A stretch of DNA of 33,076 nucleotides from Candidatus Bipolaricaulia bacterium (GTDB lineage: Bacteria > Bipolaricaulota > Bipolaricaulia > JBHIAT01): contig JBHIAT010000020.1 of the NCBI GenBank assembly GCA_046758705.1, positions 1-33,076 of the forward strand, in the 5' to 3' direction. The position numbers and the translations under genes are program-made. A model generated the notes under the pieces. The model was not told the origin of the DNA and did not search any database. It was given only the letters and a program-made list of their open reading frames with translations. This document shows, piece after piece, positions 17,301 through 33,076 of the stretch; the first letter of the stretch is position 1; each line of letters begins with the position of its first letter.

Positions 17301-20300
17301 CCGGAGAACTGTCGTTTCACATCTACAGTCTCACGATAGGCAAAGAACAGGAAGGAGCGCAAGAATCGTGGACGCTTCATGCGACCGGAAAGATCCATCT
17401 CGATCCGATCAACACCGCCCCCGATGTTCTGGGACAAGATAGGCTCGAAGAGATCGTGGCCCGGGCCTCGGAGCAGATGACCGGAACGAATTACTACCTG
17501 GAGCTTCAGGAAAGAGGGTTCCAATATGGACCGCATTTTCAGGGAATTGAGCAGATGTGGCGACGTGAGGGAGAATCCCTGGGTCAGCTGCGGATTCCCG
17601 AGATCCTGGAGTCGAAACTCGATCTCTACCGGTTTCATCCCGCCATCCTTGACATTTGCCTTCAGGTCTTGGCCGGCGCTGTACCCGATGAGTTAAGGTA
17701 CAGCGACAGCATCTTCCTGCCGATTGGTGTGGACAGAATCCGAGTTTACGGTCGTCCCGTTTCCCAGATGTGGGGCCACGGTCAGCTCCGATCCTATGGA
17801 CAACACACGAACGTTCTGGAAGGGAGCGTCCATCTGTTCGATGAGGACGGCCGCGTCATCGTAGAGGTTGAGGGTCTACGCTTCCAGCGCCTGGATGATG
17901 TGGATACAGACGGTAAAGGTAAACAGCGTACCGCTCCGCAAGATTTGAACGATTGGCTCTATGAGATCCAGTGGCATCCCCTGGCGTGCCCAGAGCTGGA
18001 AGTTCAGCCGACTTCATCTCCAGGGAGCTGGCTGATCTTTGCCAACAGCGGCGATCGGGGGGAGGAACTGGCTGCGCTGCTGACGGCGCGGGGAGAAAGA
18101 CCGGTGTTGGTCTACCCAGGAGAAGCCTATGAACGTTTGGATGAATCGCACGTTCGCATCCATCCGGCACGTCCCGAAGAGATGCACGAGCTCCTCAACG
18201 AGGCATTGGGGTCAGAGGCGCCTGCCTGTCGTGGGGTGATCCACCTTTGGAGCCTGGACGCCCTGCCTGTGGAACAGACCACCGTGGCTTCGTTAGAGAC
18301 CGCTCAGACCCTAAGCTGTATCAGCGTGATGCATCTGATACAGGCACTGGCCGAAACCGGTTGGACTCTATTGCCCCGCCTGTGGTTGGTAACCCGGGGC
18401 GCCCAATCCGTCGAAGGTGAGAACGGAATCAAACCGGTATCGATCGCCCAATCGATCGTGTGGGGCCTCGGCAGGGCCATTTACCACGAGCATCCGGAAC
18501 TCCGCTGTACGGCGGTGGATTTGGATCCTGACGGGACACTGGAGCAGATTCAATCTCTCTTCCAGGAGGTGTGGTCGGACGATCGCGAGAATCAGATCGC
18601 ATTGCGCGGCGACGTGCGCTACGTGGCCCGATTGGTGCAAGCAGCAAAAGAGCCCCAAGCTTCCGATCAAGAATCTGAATCTGTTTCTGTTTCGGCTCAG
18701 GAAAGACTTTTAGTGCCTCAAACCGGTCCCTTCCACCTGGAGCCCTCCGCGACCGGCATTTTGGATGAGTTGACCCTAAAGCCGTCCACGCATCGAGCCC
18801 CAGGTCCTGGAGAGGTCGAGATCGAGGTCCGGGCGACTGGCCTCAACTTCAGAGACGTGATGAAGGCGATGGGCATCTATCCGACCGGCCGCGACGATAT
18901 CCTGTGGCTCGGTGATGAATGTGCAGGTGAAATCGTTTCGGTTGGAGCAGGTGTCGATGATTTCCAAACAGGAGACGAGGTCATCGCCGTCGCTCCGGCC
19001 GCCTTCGGCCGATTTACGACGACCCCCGCCGCCTTCGTCGCCCCCAAACCAGCGCACTTGAGTTTTGAGCAGGCGACATCGATTCCTATCGCCTTCCTGA
19101 CCGCCTACCATGCGCTCCATCAGTTGGGCAGGTTGAGCAAAGGCGGGCGAGTCCTCATCCATGCAGCCGCCGGAGGGGTGGGTCTCGCCGCCGTGCAAAT
19201 TGCCCAATGGTTGGGTGCCGAGATCTTCGCCACCGCAGGCAGCCCGAAAAAACGGGAGTTCCTCCGCTCCCTCGGCGTTGGACACGTCATGGATTCAAGG
19301 TCCTTGGACTTTGCCCATGAGGTCATGGAACAGACCGACGGACAGGGTGTGGACGTCGTGTTAAACTCCCTCGCCGGAGAGGCGATGCACAAGAGTCTGT
19401 CGATCCTTGGCCCTTACGGACGCTTTCTGGAGATCGGCAAGCGCGACATCTACCTGAACAGCCGGTTAGGTCTGCGACCGTTTCAGAACAGCTTGTCGTT
19501 CTTTGCCATCGATATGGATCGGCTGTTCCGAGAGCGTGCCGAGTTCGCCGCTTCCCTGCTTCGAGAGGTGATGAAGAAGTTTGAGGACGGCACGTTCACG
19601 CCCCTTCCTGTAACGGAGTTCTCGATCCTGGAGGTGGTGGACGCGTTCCGCTATATGGCACGCGCCAAGCACATCGGCAAGATTGTGGTGTCTATGCCGG
19701 ATCGACAGGCATCGGCAGCCTCTTCTCCCGTTGGCGAAGCGCCGGCGACCTTTCGTTCCGATGGCAGTTACTTGATTACCGGTGGACTCGGTGGCCTCGG
19801 CCTGTTGATCGCCCAGTGGATGGCCCGACAGGGAGCGGGACATCTGATCCTGACAGGGAGAAGCGGTGCGTCCGAGGCCGCAGAGGAAGTCTTGGAAGCT
19901 ATGAGGCAGGCCGGCGCTCAAGTTCACGTCATCAAGGCCGATGTGTCCCAAGGAGAACAGGTCGCCCATCTTTTATCCGAAATCGACCGATCGATGCCGC
20001 CGCTGAGAGGCATCGTCCATGCAGCTGGGGTCTTGGACAACGATATCTTGCTGAACTTGAACCAGGAGCGTTTTATGTCGGTCATGGCACCAAAGGTGGC
20101 CGGTGCCTGGAACCTGCATATCCAAACCCAGCGTTTGAGCCAACCGTTGGACTGCTTCGTGCTCTTCTCCTCGATTGCTTCCCTGTTCGGGTCTCCAGGG
20201 CAGGGGAACTATGCCGCCGCTAACGCATTCCTGGATGCGCTAGCGCACTACCGACAATCTCAGGGGGTGCCCGCGTTGAGCGTCAACTGGGGGCCGTGGT

Positions 20301-21001
20301 CCGAGGCGGGAATGGCGGCTCGGGGGGATCGGGAGGGGCGTCTTGCGCTGCGAGGCATCGGAAGTATCACCCCTGAACAAGGACTGGCCTTGCTGGAACG
20401 ATTTCTTAACCAAGGCAAGACACAGACCGGAGTGGTACCGGTCGACTGGCGACAGTGGTTCAAGTTCTATCCCGCCACTCGTCAATCTCCGATGCTCTCC
20501 GATCTCCTGTCTGACGTAGAGATCGATCGGCCGAAAGAGAAAGGGAGTGCGATTCGCGACCTGCTCCTTTCTCTGGAGCTGGATGAACGTCAGAAGACGT
20601 TGGAGACCTATATCCAGAAGGAGATCGCTCGGGTGCTGCAGCTCGATCCATCCCGGATCGATTTGGAAACTCCGTTGAACACCATCGGCCTCGACTCGCT
20701 CATGGCCATTGAACTCAACAATCGCGTTGAGACCGAACTGAATGTCACCTTGCCTATGATCACCCTGATACAGGGCCCCAGCATCTCCGAGCTTGCGACG
20801 CAACTGATTGAACTGTTGGAAGAACCCTCCTCGACTCCAGATGCTACCCAAACCCGGAAGGCCAACGCTCTCCCCCTCGCCCGCGACCCCAGTCAGAAAG
20901 ACGCGGGACAGTTGTTGTCACAACTTGATCAACTCTCGGATGAGGAAGTGGATGCATTGCTCAGCGGTATGCTAGATGAAGATGAAGGGGATACTGCATG
21001 A
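14330..21001 (+). CDS. Type I PKS, single fully reducing module KS-AT(malonyl)-DH-ER-KR-ACP
   Basis: KS DTACSSS/HGTGT/NIGHLE. AT GHSIG (16211) with HAFH (16517). [12 protein letters not shown] and [41 protein letters not shown]. Acidic C-terminal docking-like helix [13 protein letters not shown]. Confidence 0.95.
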   Translation: MMSGTEPIAVVGLGCRFPGANDPEAFWKLLRDGVDAISEVPPNRWDVNALYDPDPTAPGKMSTRWGGFLEGSDRFDCHFFGISPREVAAMDLQQRLLMEVAWEALENAAQTPEQLKDGRTGVFIGISSFDWTMLSNDLNLIEAYHGTGSALSIAANRLSYLFDLKGPSLSVDTACSSSLVAVHLACQSLWNRESDLVLAGGVNVILSPRVTITLSKAHMLAADGRCKTFDAAADGYVRGEGCGIVVLKRLSDALQDNDHIWALVRGTAVNQDGRSNGLTAPNGPAQQAAIRQALKNAGMTPDQIHYVEAHGTGTALGDPIEVQALAAVMKQGRSPDQPCVIGSVKPNIGHLEGAAGVSSFIKAVLTLFHEEIPPQIHFNKLNPYIRLEDTLVIPTERQPWPAGDGPRFAGVGSFGFGGTNCHVVLEEAPILKQDRSPTPFKVERPLHLLTLSAKGDRVLRRLARRFEDHLATHPSSPLPDICFTANTGRSHFDHRLAVTADSSEQLRERLNAFATGNGKQTTGLLSQQVRSQSRPKVVFLFTGQGSQEPGMGKKLYETQPTFRKALNRCAELLDPHLEQPLLSVLHSESGARSPLHQTVYAQPALFALEYALAEMWRSWGIEPSAVMGHSIGEYAAACVAGVLSLEDGLKLVAERARLIQALPQDGMMAVVFADEAQLAAALAPYQEHVSISAVNGPENTVISGVRKAVLAVIEQLKSEGVAAQPLTVSHAFHSPLMEPMLDAFERTVSQLQFEALRIPLISNLTGQMLEPGDVPDVDYWRRHLREPVRFAAGINTLSEQGYELFLELGPKPSLLSMGKRCLPKGKGTWLPSLRSGQDDWQVVLNSLGALYTHGVDVDWVGFDQDYERRRVPLPTYPFEREPLDSGRGRTATFQMSTRHPLLGQRLRSAHHIFESQLSTRSYAYLGDHRVQGAVVLPATAYVEMALGAAAEVLNEEPHVLSLTEIEFQKALFFTEDEWRTVQLILSPDDVTGELSFHIYSLTIGKEQEGAQESWTLHATGKIHLDPINTAPDVLGQDRLEEIVARASEQMTGTNYYLELQERGFQYGPHFQGIEQMWRREGESLGQLRIPEILESKLDLYRFHPAILDICLQVLAGAVPDELRYSDSIFLPIGVDRIRVYGRPVSQMWGHGQLRSYGQHTNVLEGSVHLFDEDGRVIVEVEGLRFQRLDDVDTDGKGKQRTAPQDLNDWLYEIQWHPLACPELEVQPTSSPGSWLIFANSGDRGEELAALLTARGERPVLVYPGEAYERLDESHVRIHPARPEEMHELLNEALGSEAPACRGVIHLWSLDALPVEQTTVASLETAQTLSCISVMHLIQALAETGWTLLPRLWLVTRGAQSVEGENGIKPVSIAQSIVWGLGRAIYHEHPELRCTAVDLDPDGTLEQIQSLFQEVWSDDRENQIALRGDVRYVARLVQAAKEPQASDQESESVSVSAQERLLVPQTGPFHLEPSATGILDELTLKPSTHRAPGPGEVEIEVRATGLNFRDVMKAMGIYPTGRDDILWLGDECAGEIVSVGAGVDDFQTGDEVIAVAPAAFGRFTTTPAAFVAPKPAHLSFEQATSIPIAFLTAYHALHQLGRLSKGGRVLIHAAAGGVGLAAVQIAQWLGAEIFATAGSPKKREFLRSLGVGHVMDSRSLDFAHEVMEQTDGQGVDVVLNSLAGEAMHKSLSILGPYGRFLEIGKRDIYLNSRLGLRPFQNSLSFFAIDMDRLFRERAEFAASLLREVMKKFEDGTFTPLPVTEFSILEVVDAFRYMARAKHIGKIVVSMPDRQASAASSPVGEAPATFRSDGSYLITGGLGGLGLLIAQWMARQGAGHLILTGRSGASEAAEEVLEAMRQAGAQVHVIKADVSQGEQVAHLLSEIDRSMPPLRGIVHAAGVLDNDILLNLNQERFMSVMAPKVAGAWNLHIQTQRLSQPLDCFVLFSSIASLFGSPGQGNYAAANAFLDALAHYRQSQGVPALSVNWGPWSEAGMAARGDREGRLALRGIGSITPEQGLALLERFLNQGKTQTGVVPVDWRQWFKFYPATRQSPMLSDLLSDVEIDRPKEKGSAIRDLLLSLELDERQKTLETYIQKEIARVLQLDPSRIDLETPLNTIGLDSLMAIELNNRVETELNVTLPMITLIQGPSISELATQLIELLEEPSSTPDATQTRKANALPLARDPSQKDAGQLLSQLDQLSDEEVDALLSGMLDEDEGDTA

Positions 21002-22452
21002 GCAATACCTCTAACCGTATCGATGATCTTTCGCCAGAGGAAAAACGTGAACTTCTTGCACAGCTGCTTCGCAAGAAGGCGAGCGAGCCCAACCCTTTGT
21101 CGTTTTCTCAAGAGCGATTGTGGTTTCTCCACCAGTTGGAACCCGACAGTCCCGCTTATAACATCCCGTTAGCCCTTCGGTTTACGGGTCCGCTCAGCGT
21201 GTCCATCGCGGAACGGAGCCTCAACGAAATCGTGCGGCACCATGAAGTGTTGCGAACCACCTTCTCAGTCGTGGATGGGCGGCCGGTCCAGGTCATCGCT
21301 CCGGCCCTGACCCTGCCACTACCGGTGGTGGACCTGCGAGAGTTGCCCGAGACGGAGCGGGAGACTGAGGTCCGGCGGCTGGCCACCGAGGAAGCCCGAC
21401 GACCCTTCGACCTGGTCCGGGGTCCACTCCTACGGGTCACCTTGTTACGGCTGGGCGAGGAGGAGTACGTGGGGTTGTTGATCATGCACCACATCGTCTC
21501 CGACGGTTGGTCCACGGGGGTGCTTGGTCGTGAGCTGGCAGCGCTGTACAGCGCCTTCTCCACCGGAAGTCCCTCACCTCTGCCTGAATTGCCCATTCAG
21601 TACGCCGACTTCGCCCGCTGGCAACGGAAGTGGCTCCACGGGGAGGTTCTGGAGACCCAGCTGGCTTACTGGAAGCAACAACTCGAGGGTGCCCCCACCG
21701 CCCTGGAGCTGCCCACCGACCGTCCCCGACCCGCGATCCAGACTGATCAAGGCGCACGCCAACCTCTGGTGCTGCCCAAGTCCCTTACTGAGGCGCTCAA
21801 GACTTTGAGCCAGCAGCAGGGTGTCACCCTGTTCATGATGTTGCTGGCCGCGTTCAACACGTTACTCTACCGCTATACCGGGCAGGACGACATCGTTGTG
21901 GGCTCGCCGATCGCTGGGCGCAACCGGGTTGAGACAGAGGGATCGATTGGGTGCTTTATCAACATGCTGGGGATACGCACCGACCTTTCGGGCAACCCCA
22001 CGTTTCGGGAGCTGCTGAGTCGGGTGCGCGAGGTGACCTTGGGCGCCTATGCCCACCAGGATCTGCCGTTCGAGAAGCTGGTGGAGGAACTACAGCCGGA
22101 GCGGGACCTGGGCCACACACTGCTGTTTCAGGTGACGTTCGGCCTCCATAATGTCCCGATGCCGACCCTGGAGCTACCGGACCTGACCCTGAGCCCACTG
22201 GAGATCGACAGGGGGACAGCGAAGCGTGATTTGGAGTTCCACCTATGGGAGCGTCCGGAGGGCCTCAGGGGCTTTTTGGTGTACAACACAGATCTGTTTG
22301 ATGCCGCGACCATCACCCGGATGCTGGAGCATTTCCAGATTTTGCTGGAAGGCATCGTGGCCGATCCTGAGGGGCGCATCTCGGACTTGCCGTTGACGTT
22401 GACAGAAGCCGAGCAACAGCAGTTGCTTGTTGAAAGGGGGCAAAATGAATAG
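20998..22452 (+). CDS. Stand-alone NRPS condensation domain protein
   Basis: [21 protein letters not shown], intact HHIVSDG, IQYADFA.WQ and [11 protein letters not shown]-terminal [15 protein letters not shown] docking-like helix. Stops at the C-A linker. ATGA overlap with the PKS stop. Confidence 0.93.
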   Translation: MSNTSNRIDDLSPEEKRELLAQLLRKKASEPNPLSFSQERLWFLHQLEPDSPAYNIPLALRFTGPLSVSIAERSLNEIVRHHEVLRTTFSVVDGRPVQVIAPALTLPLPVVDLRELPETERETEVRRLATEEARRPFDLVRGPLLRVTLLRLGEEEYVGLLIMHHIVSDGWSTGVLGRELAALYSAFSTGSPSPLPELPIQYADFARWQRKWLHGEVLETQLAYWKQQLEGAPTALELPTDRPRPAIQTDQGARQPLVLPKSLTEALKTLSQQQGVTLFMMLLAAFNTLLYRYTGQDDIVVGSPIAGRNRVETEGSIGCFINMLGIRTDLSGNPTFRELLSRVREVTLGAYAHQDLPFEKLVEELQPERDLGHTLLFQVTFGLHNVPMPTLELPDLTLSPLEIDRGTAKRDLEFHLWERPEGLRGFLVYNTDLFDAATITRMLEHFQILLEGIVADPEGRISDLPLTLTEAEQQQLLVERGQNE

Positions 22453-22693
22453 TGACGAGAAAGAAGACAGGACGATCTACAAAGTCGTCGTGAATCACGA
22501 AGAGCAGTACTCGATCTGGCCCGCCGACCGGGAGAACCCTCCCGGCTGGACGGATGCGGGCAAACGTGGATCCAAGACGGAATGCCTGGCGTATATCAAG
22601 GAAGTGTGGACCGATATGAGGCCTCTCAATCTACGTAAGAAGATGGAGGACTCTGCGCACAAGCCAAACCCAAGAGGTCAGTCCGACCTATGA
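22445..22693 (+). CDS. mbtH: MbtH-like protein
   Basis: [13 protein letters not shown]...P.GW......K.ECL.YI...WTDMRP with three conserved Trp. AAAGGGGG RBS and 8-nt overlap with the upstream gene. Confidence 0.95.
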   Translation: MNSDEKEDRTIYKVVVNHEEQYSIWPADRENPPGWTDAGKRGSKTECLAYIKEVWTDMRPLNLRKKMEDSAHKPNPRGQSDL

Positions 22694-22743
22694 AGAGCTG
22701 GACCGCCAAGCCCGGGTCATCGGGGCCTGGCTTCAGAGCTTGG
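22672..22743 (+). pseudogene. 72-bp remnant paralogous to the 5' part of the FAAL gene (12372-12443)
   Basis: Ungapped manual alignment gives 63/72 identical nt. Translates [23 protein letters not shown] versus FAAL EVSLTYGELDRQARAIGAWLQSL. Confidence 0.85.
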
Positions 22744-22911
22744 GAGCCGGTTCAATCGTTTGAAAACATAGCTTCCCGCATAGTCGGGTCACCTTCTCAA
22801 AGTTGCGTTCAAGGTGTTATTTTAAGTATATCATTGACAGGTATCAGCTATATCTTTGACTGAGTGACTTAACACTTGATCGGACTCCAGATCAAGTCCT
22901 TGGAGGGGGCG

Positions 22912-29614
<6,703 letters not shown>

Positions 29615-29622
<8 letters not shown>

Positions 29623-32600
29623 CATTTCCAGGCGCATATCCGAGCTCCCGCCGGAGAAACGAAAGCTATTTGAACTGTTACTGCGCGAACAGGGTGTGGA
29701 TGTTGGACGATCGTTCATCGTTCCTCGAAGCAGAGAGTCCGACACCTTTCCCTTATCTTTCGGCCAGGAGCGGCTGTGGTTCCTTGACCAGCTCGATCCC
29801 AGCCACCCTGTCTACAACGAGTCCGGCGCCATTCGCCTCCAGGGTTCGGTCAACCTCGCCGCGCTGGAGCAGAGCCTTAACGAAATCGTGCGCCGCCACG
29901 AAGTGCTGCGCACCACCTTTGCCACGGTAGACGGACAACCCGTCCAGGTCATCGCCCCGGCTTTGACTCTGTCTTTGCCGGTGGTAGACCTGCGGGAGTT
30001 GCCTGAGGCGGAGCAGGAGGCCGAGGTCCGGCGGCGGGTCACCGAGGAAGCCCAGCGGCCGTTTGACCTGGCCCGCGGCCCGCTCATGCGGGTCACCCTG
30101 CTACGGCTGGGTAAACGGGATCACGTCCTGCTCCTGACGATACATCACATCGTGTGCGACGGCTGGTCTATAGGAATCCTCGTTCGAGAGCTCGCCATGC
30201 TCTATAAAGCCTTCTCGACGGGAAACCCCTCGCCGCTGCCTGAGCTGCCGATCCAGTACGCCGACTTCGCACACTGGCAAAGAGAATGGTTGCAAGGTGA
30301 AGTTCTTGAGAGCCAATTGTCCTACTGGAAACAGCAGTTGGGAGACGATCCACCCGTGCTGCAACTACCGACCGACCGTCCGCGACCACCGGTCCAGACC
30401 TTCCGAGGGGCGACCCAGTTCTTTGAGTTGCCCAAGGCGCTGTACGAATCGCTCAAAGCGTTGAGCCGACGCGAGGACGTCACGCTGTTCATGACGCTGC
30501 TCGCCGTCTTCCAGGCCTTGCTTTCCCGCTACAGCGGTCAGGAAGACATCATCGTGGGCACGCCCATCGCCGGCCGTACCCGAGCTGAGCTTGAAGCGCT
30601 GATCGGGTTCTTTGTCAACACGCTGGTGTTGCGCTCCGATCTTTCGGGGGATCCCAGTTTTCGGGAGCTGCTCGGCCGGGTGCGCAACGTGACGTTGAAC
30701 GCCTATGCCCATCAGGATCTTCCCTTCGAAAAGCTGGTGGAAGAACTGCAGCCGGAGCGCAGCCTCAGCCACACCCCGCTGTTCCAGGTGATGTTCCAAC
30801 TCTACAATGCCCAGATGTCGACCCTGGAGGTCGACACCGGGACGACGGTCCTCGAGTTGAATCCATTCCAACTCTATAATGTCCAGATGCCGGCCCTGGA
30901 GGCCCCAGAGGTGACCTTGAGCTCATTGGAGGCCGACACCGGGACGACGGTCTCTGATTTGAATCTACTCATGGTTGAGGAAGCGCAAGGACTGAGAGGA
31001 TGGATAGAGTACAGCACCGACCTGTTCGACGGGGCTACCATCGAGCGAATGCTGGGGCACTTCCAGACGTTGCTCGAAGGGGTCGTCGCCGACCCCGACC
31101 GGCGCCTCTCCGACTTTCCACTGTTGACCGAGACAGAACAGCATCAACTGCTGTTGGAGTGGAACGACACCCAAGCCGATTATCCCCAGGATTCATGCCT
31201 CCATCAGCTGTTTGAGGCCCAGGTTGAGAAAACACCCGATGCCGTGGCTGTGGTTTTTGAAGACGAACAACTGACCTATCAAGCGCTGAACGACCGTGCG
31301 AATCAACTGGCGCATCACTTGCAGTCGATGGGGGTTGGACCCGAGGTGCGGGTGGGCATGTTTATGGACCGCTCCTTGGAGATGGTGATCGGTCTACTGG
31401 GCATCCTCAAGGCCGGCGGAGCCCATGTGCCGTTGGATCCGGCGTACCCGAAGGAACGTCTGGCGTTCATGCTGCAGGATGCGAACGTGCCGGTGTTGCT
31501 GACCCAACAACAGTTGCTGGAGCGACTGCCCGAGCACAGTGCTGAGGTAATCTGTCTCGACACCGACTGGCAGACGATCGCCCAACAGAGCGCAGACAAC
31601 CCGACAAGCGACACGACACCCAACCACCTGGCTTATGTGATCTACACCTCCGGTTCCACCGGCACGCCCAAGGGCGTCATGATCCCTCACCGCGGCATCT
31701 GCAATCGCCTCCATTGGATGCAGTCCGCCTATCGACTGACCGAGACCGATCGTGTTCTGCAGAAAACGCCGTTCAGTTTCGACGTATCGGTGTGGGAGTT
31801 CTTCTGGCCGCTCTTGACCGGCGCCCGTCTGGTAGTGGCTCGACCCGACGGTCATCGGGACAACGCGTATCTCGTCCAGCTGATGGCCGAGCAGCAGATC
31901 ACCACGCTCCACTTCGTGCCCTCGATGCTGCAACTGTTTGTGGAAGAACCGGAGCTCGAGGTGGGCTACAGTCTAAAACGCGTCATCTGCAGCGGCGAGG
32001 CATTACCTATTGGGCTCCAGGAACGGTCCTTCGCCCGTCTGGATGCAGAAACAGAACTGCACAACCTCTACGGCCCTACAGAGGCTTCCATCGATGTCAC
32101 CTGCTGGGCGTGTGAGCGGGACAGCCAGCTGCGGACGGTCCCCATCGGTCGACCGATCGACAACACACAGATCTACATTCTGGACGCACATCTGCAACCG
32201 GTGCCGATCAGCGTGCCGGGCGAGCTGTACATCGGCGGTGTCAGCTTGGCCCGCGGCTACCACGGCCGGCCGGCGCTGACCGGCGAGCGGTTCATTCCCG
32301 ACCCGTTCAGTGACGAGCCCGGCGCGCGCCTCTACAAAACCGGGGATCTGGCCCGTTACCGACCCGATGGGAATATCGAGTTTCTCGGTCGTAACGACGA
32401 TCAGGTAAAGATCCGGGGGTTCCGCATCGAACCCGGGGAGATCGAAGCCGTGCTGGGGGAACACCCCGCCGTGCACGAGGTTGTGGTTCTCGCCCGGGAA
32501 GATGCGCCCGGTAACCGACGCCTGGTCGCTTATCTGGTCGTCGATCAGGAGCCTGCCCCTTCCACCACTGAACTGCGTCGCTTCCTGCAACAGAAACTGC

Positions 32601-33076
32601 CGGAGTATATGGTTCCCTCGGCGTTTGTGGTGCTCGACGCCCTGCCACTGACACCCAACGGCAAGGTGGATCGCCGCGCACTGCCTGCACCCGACCCGAC
32701 CCGGCCTGAGCTGGAACGCACCTTTAACGCGCCTCGGACCTCCATTGAGGAGAGGGTCGCGGGCATCTGGACCGAACTGCTCGGTGTGGAACAGGTCGGT
32801 GTCTACGACAACTTCTTCGAATTGGGGGGCCATTCGCTGCTGGCCACTCAGGTCATCTCCCGGGTGCGCGACACTTTCCAGGTGGAGCTGCCTCTACGTC
32901 GCCTGTTTGAACTGCCTACCGTCGCCGGTCTGGCTGAGAGTATTGAAGCGACCCGTCTGACGGGGCAAGGCCTAAACGTCCCGCCCATACGGCCCGTCCC
33001 ACGGGAAAAATACCTGCCGCTCTCCTTTGCCCAGGAGCGATTGTGGTTCCTCGATCAGCTGATGCCCGACAGTCCC
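29615..33076 (+). CDS. NRPS, partial (C-A-T-C...), first A domain predicted to activate serine; runs off the window end
   Basis: Manual translation from ATG 29615: [78 protein letters not shown]-domain GGHSL, then LSFAQERLWFL. Not in the supplied ORF track. Confidence 0.95.
30794..30967 (+). repeat. Imperfect in-frame tandem duplication within the NRPS C domain
   Basis: FQLYNAQMSTLEVDTGTTVLELNP (30794-30865) precedes FQLYNVQMPALEAPEVTLSSLEADTGTTVSDLNL (30866-30967). CGACACCGGGACGACGGTC is shared exactly. Confidence 0.9.

Noticed and set aside
22800-22870. Internal promoter for PKS2 (TTGACA at 22834)
   Set aside because: No -10 box at proper spacing. The region is AT-rich, so a promoter is possible but unsupported.

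Overview
Bacterial genomic window in two parts. Left (1-12180), mostly housekeeping and envelope genes: a divergent GT2 (GtrB/ArnC-like) and ArnT-like glycosyltransferase pair split by an internally deleted IS3-family remnant; a ROK sugar kinase; two small hypotheticals; an AT-richer YitJ-like homocysteine methyltransferase/MTHFR fusion directly behind tRNA-Val(CAC); a short RNase E/G; folK; a metallophosphoesterase; an exported FecR/beta-rich protein; and a hotdog acyl-CoA thioesterase. Right (12198 to window end), the start of a hybrid PKS/NRPS cluster: FAAL-ACP, a fully reducing malonyl-type PKS, a stand-alone condensation domain, MbtH, a 72-bp FAAL scar, a fully reducing methylmalonyl-type PKS, and an NRPS (C-A[Ser]-T-C..., absent from the ORF track because it runs off the end). 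The most interesting signal is this architecture. Two paralogous PKS-to-C-domain pairs suggest a duplicated unit with reciprocal gene loss, and possibly convergent assembly of a doubly acylated lipopeptide. All calls come from motif reading only. No searches were run and the host taxon is not established.
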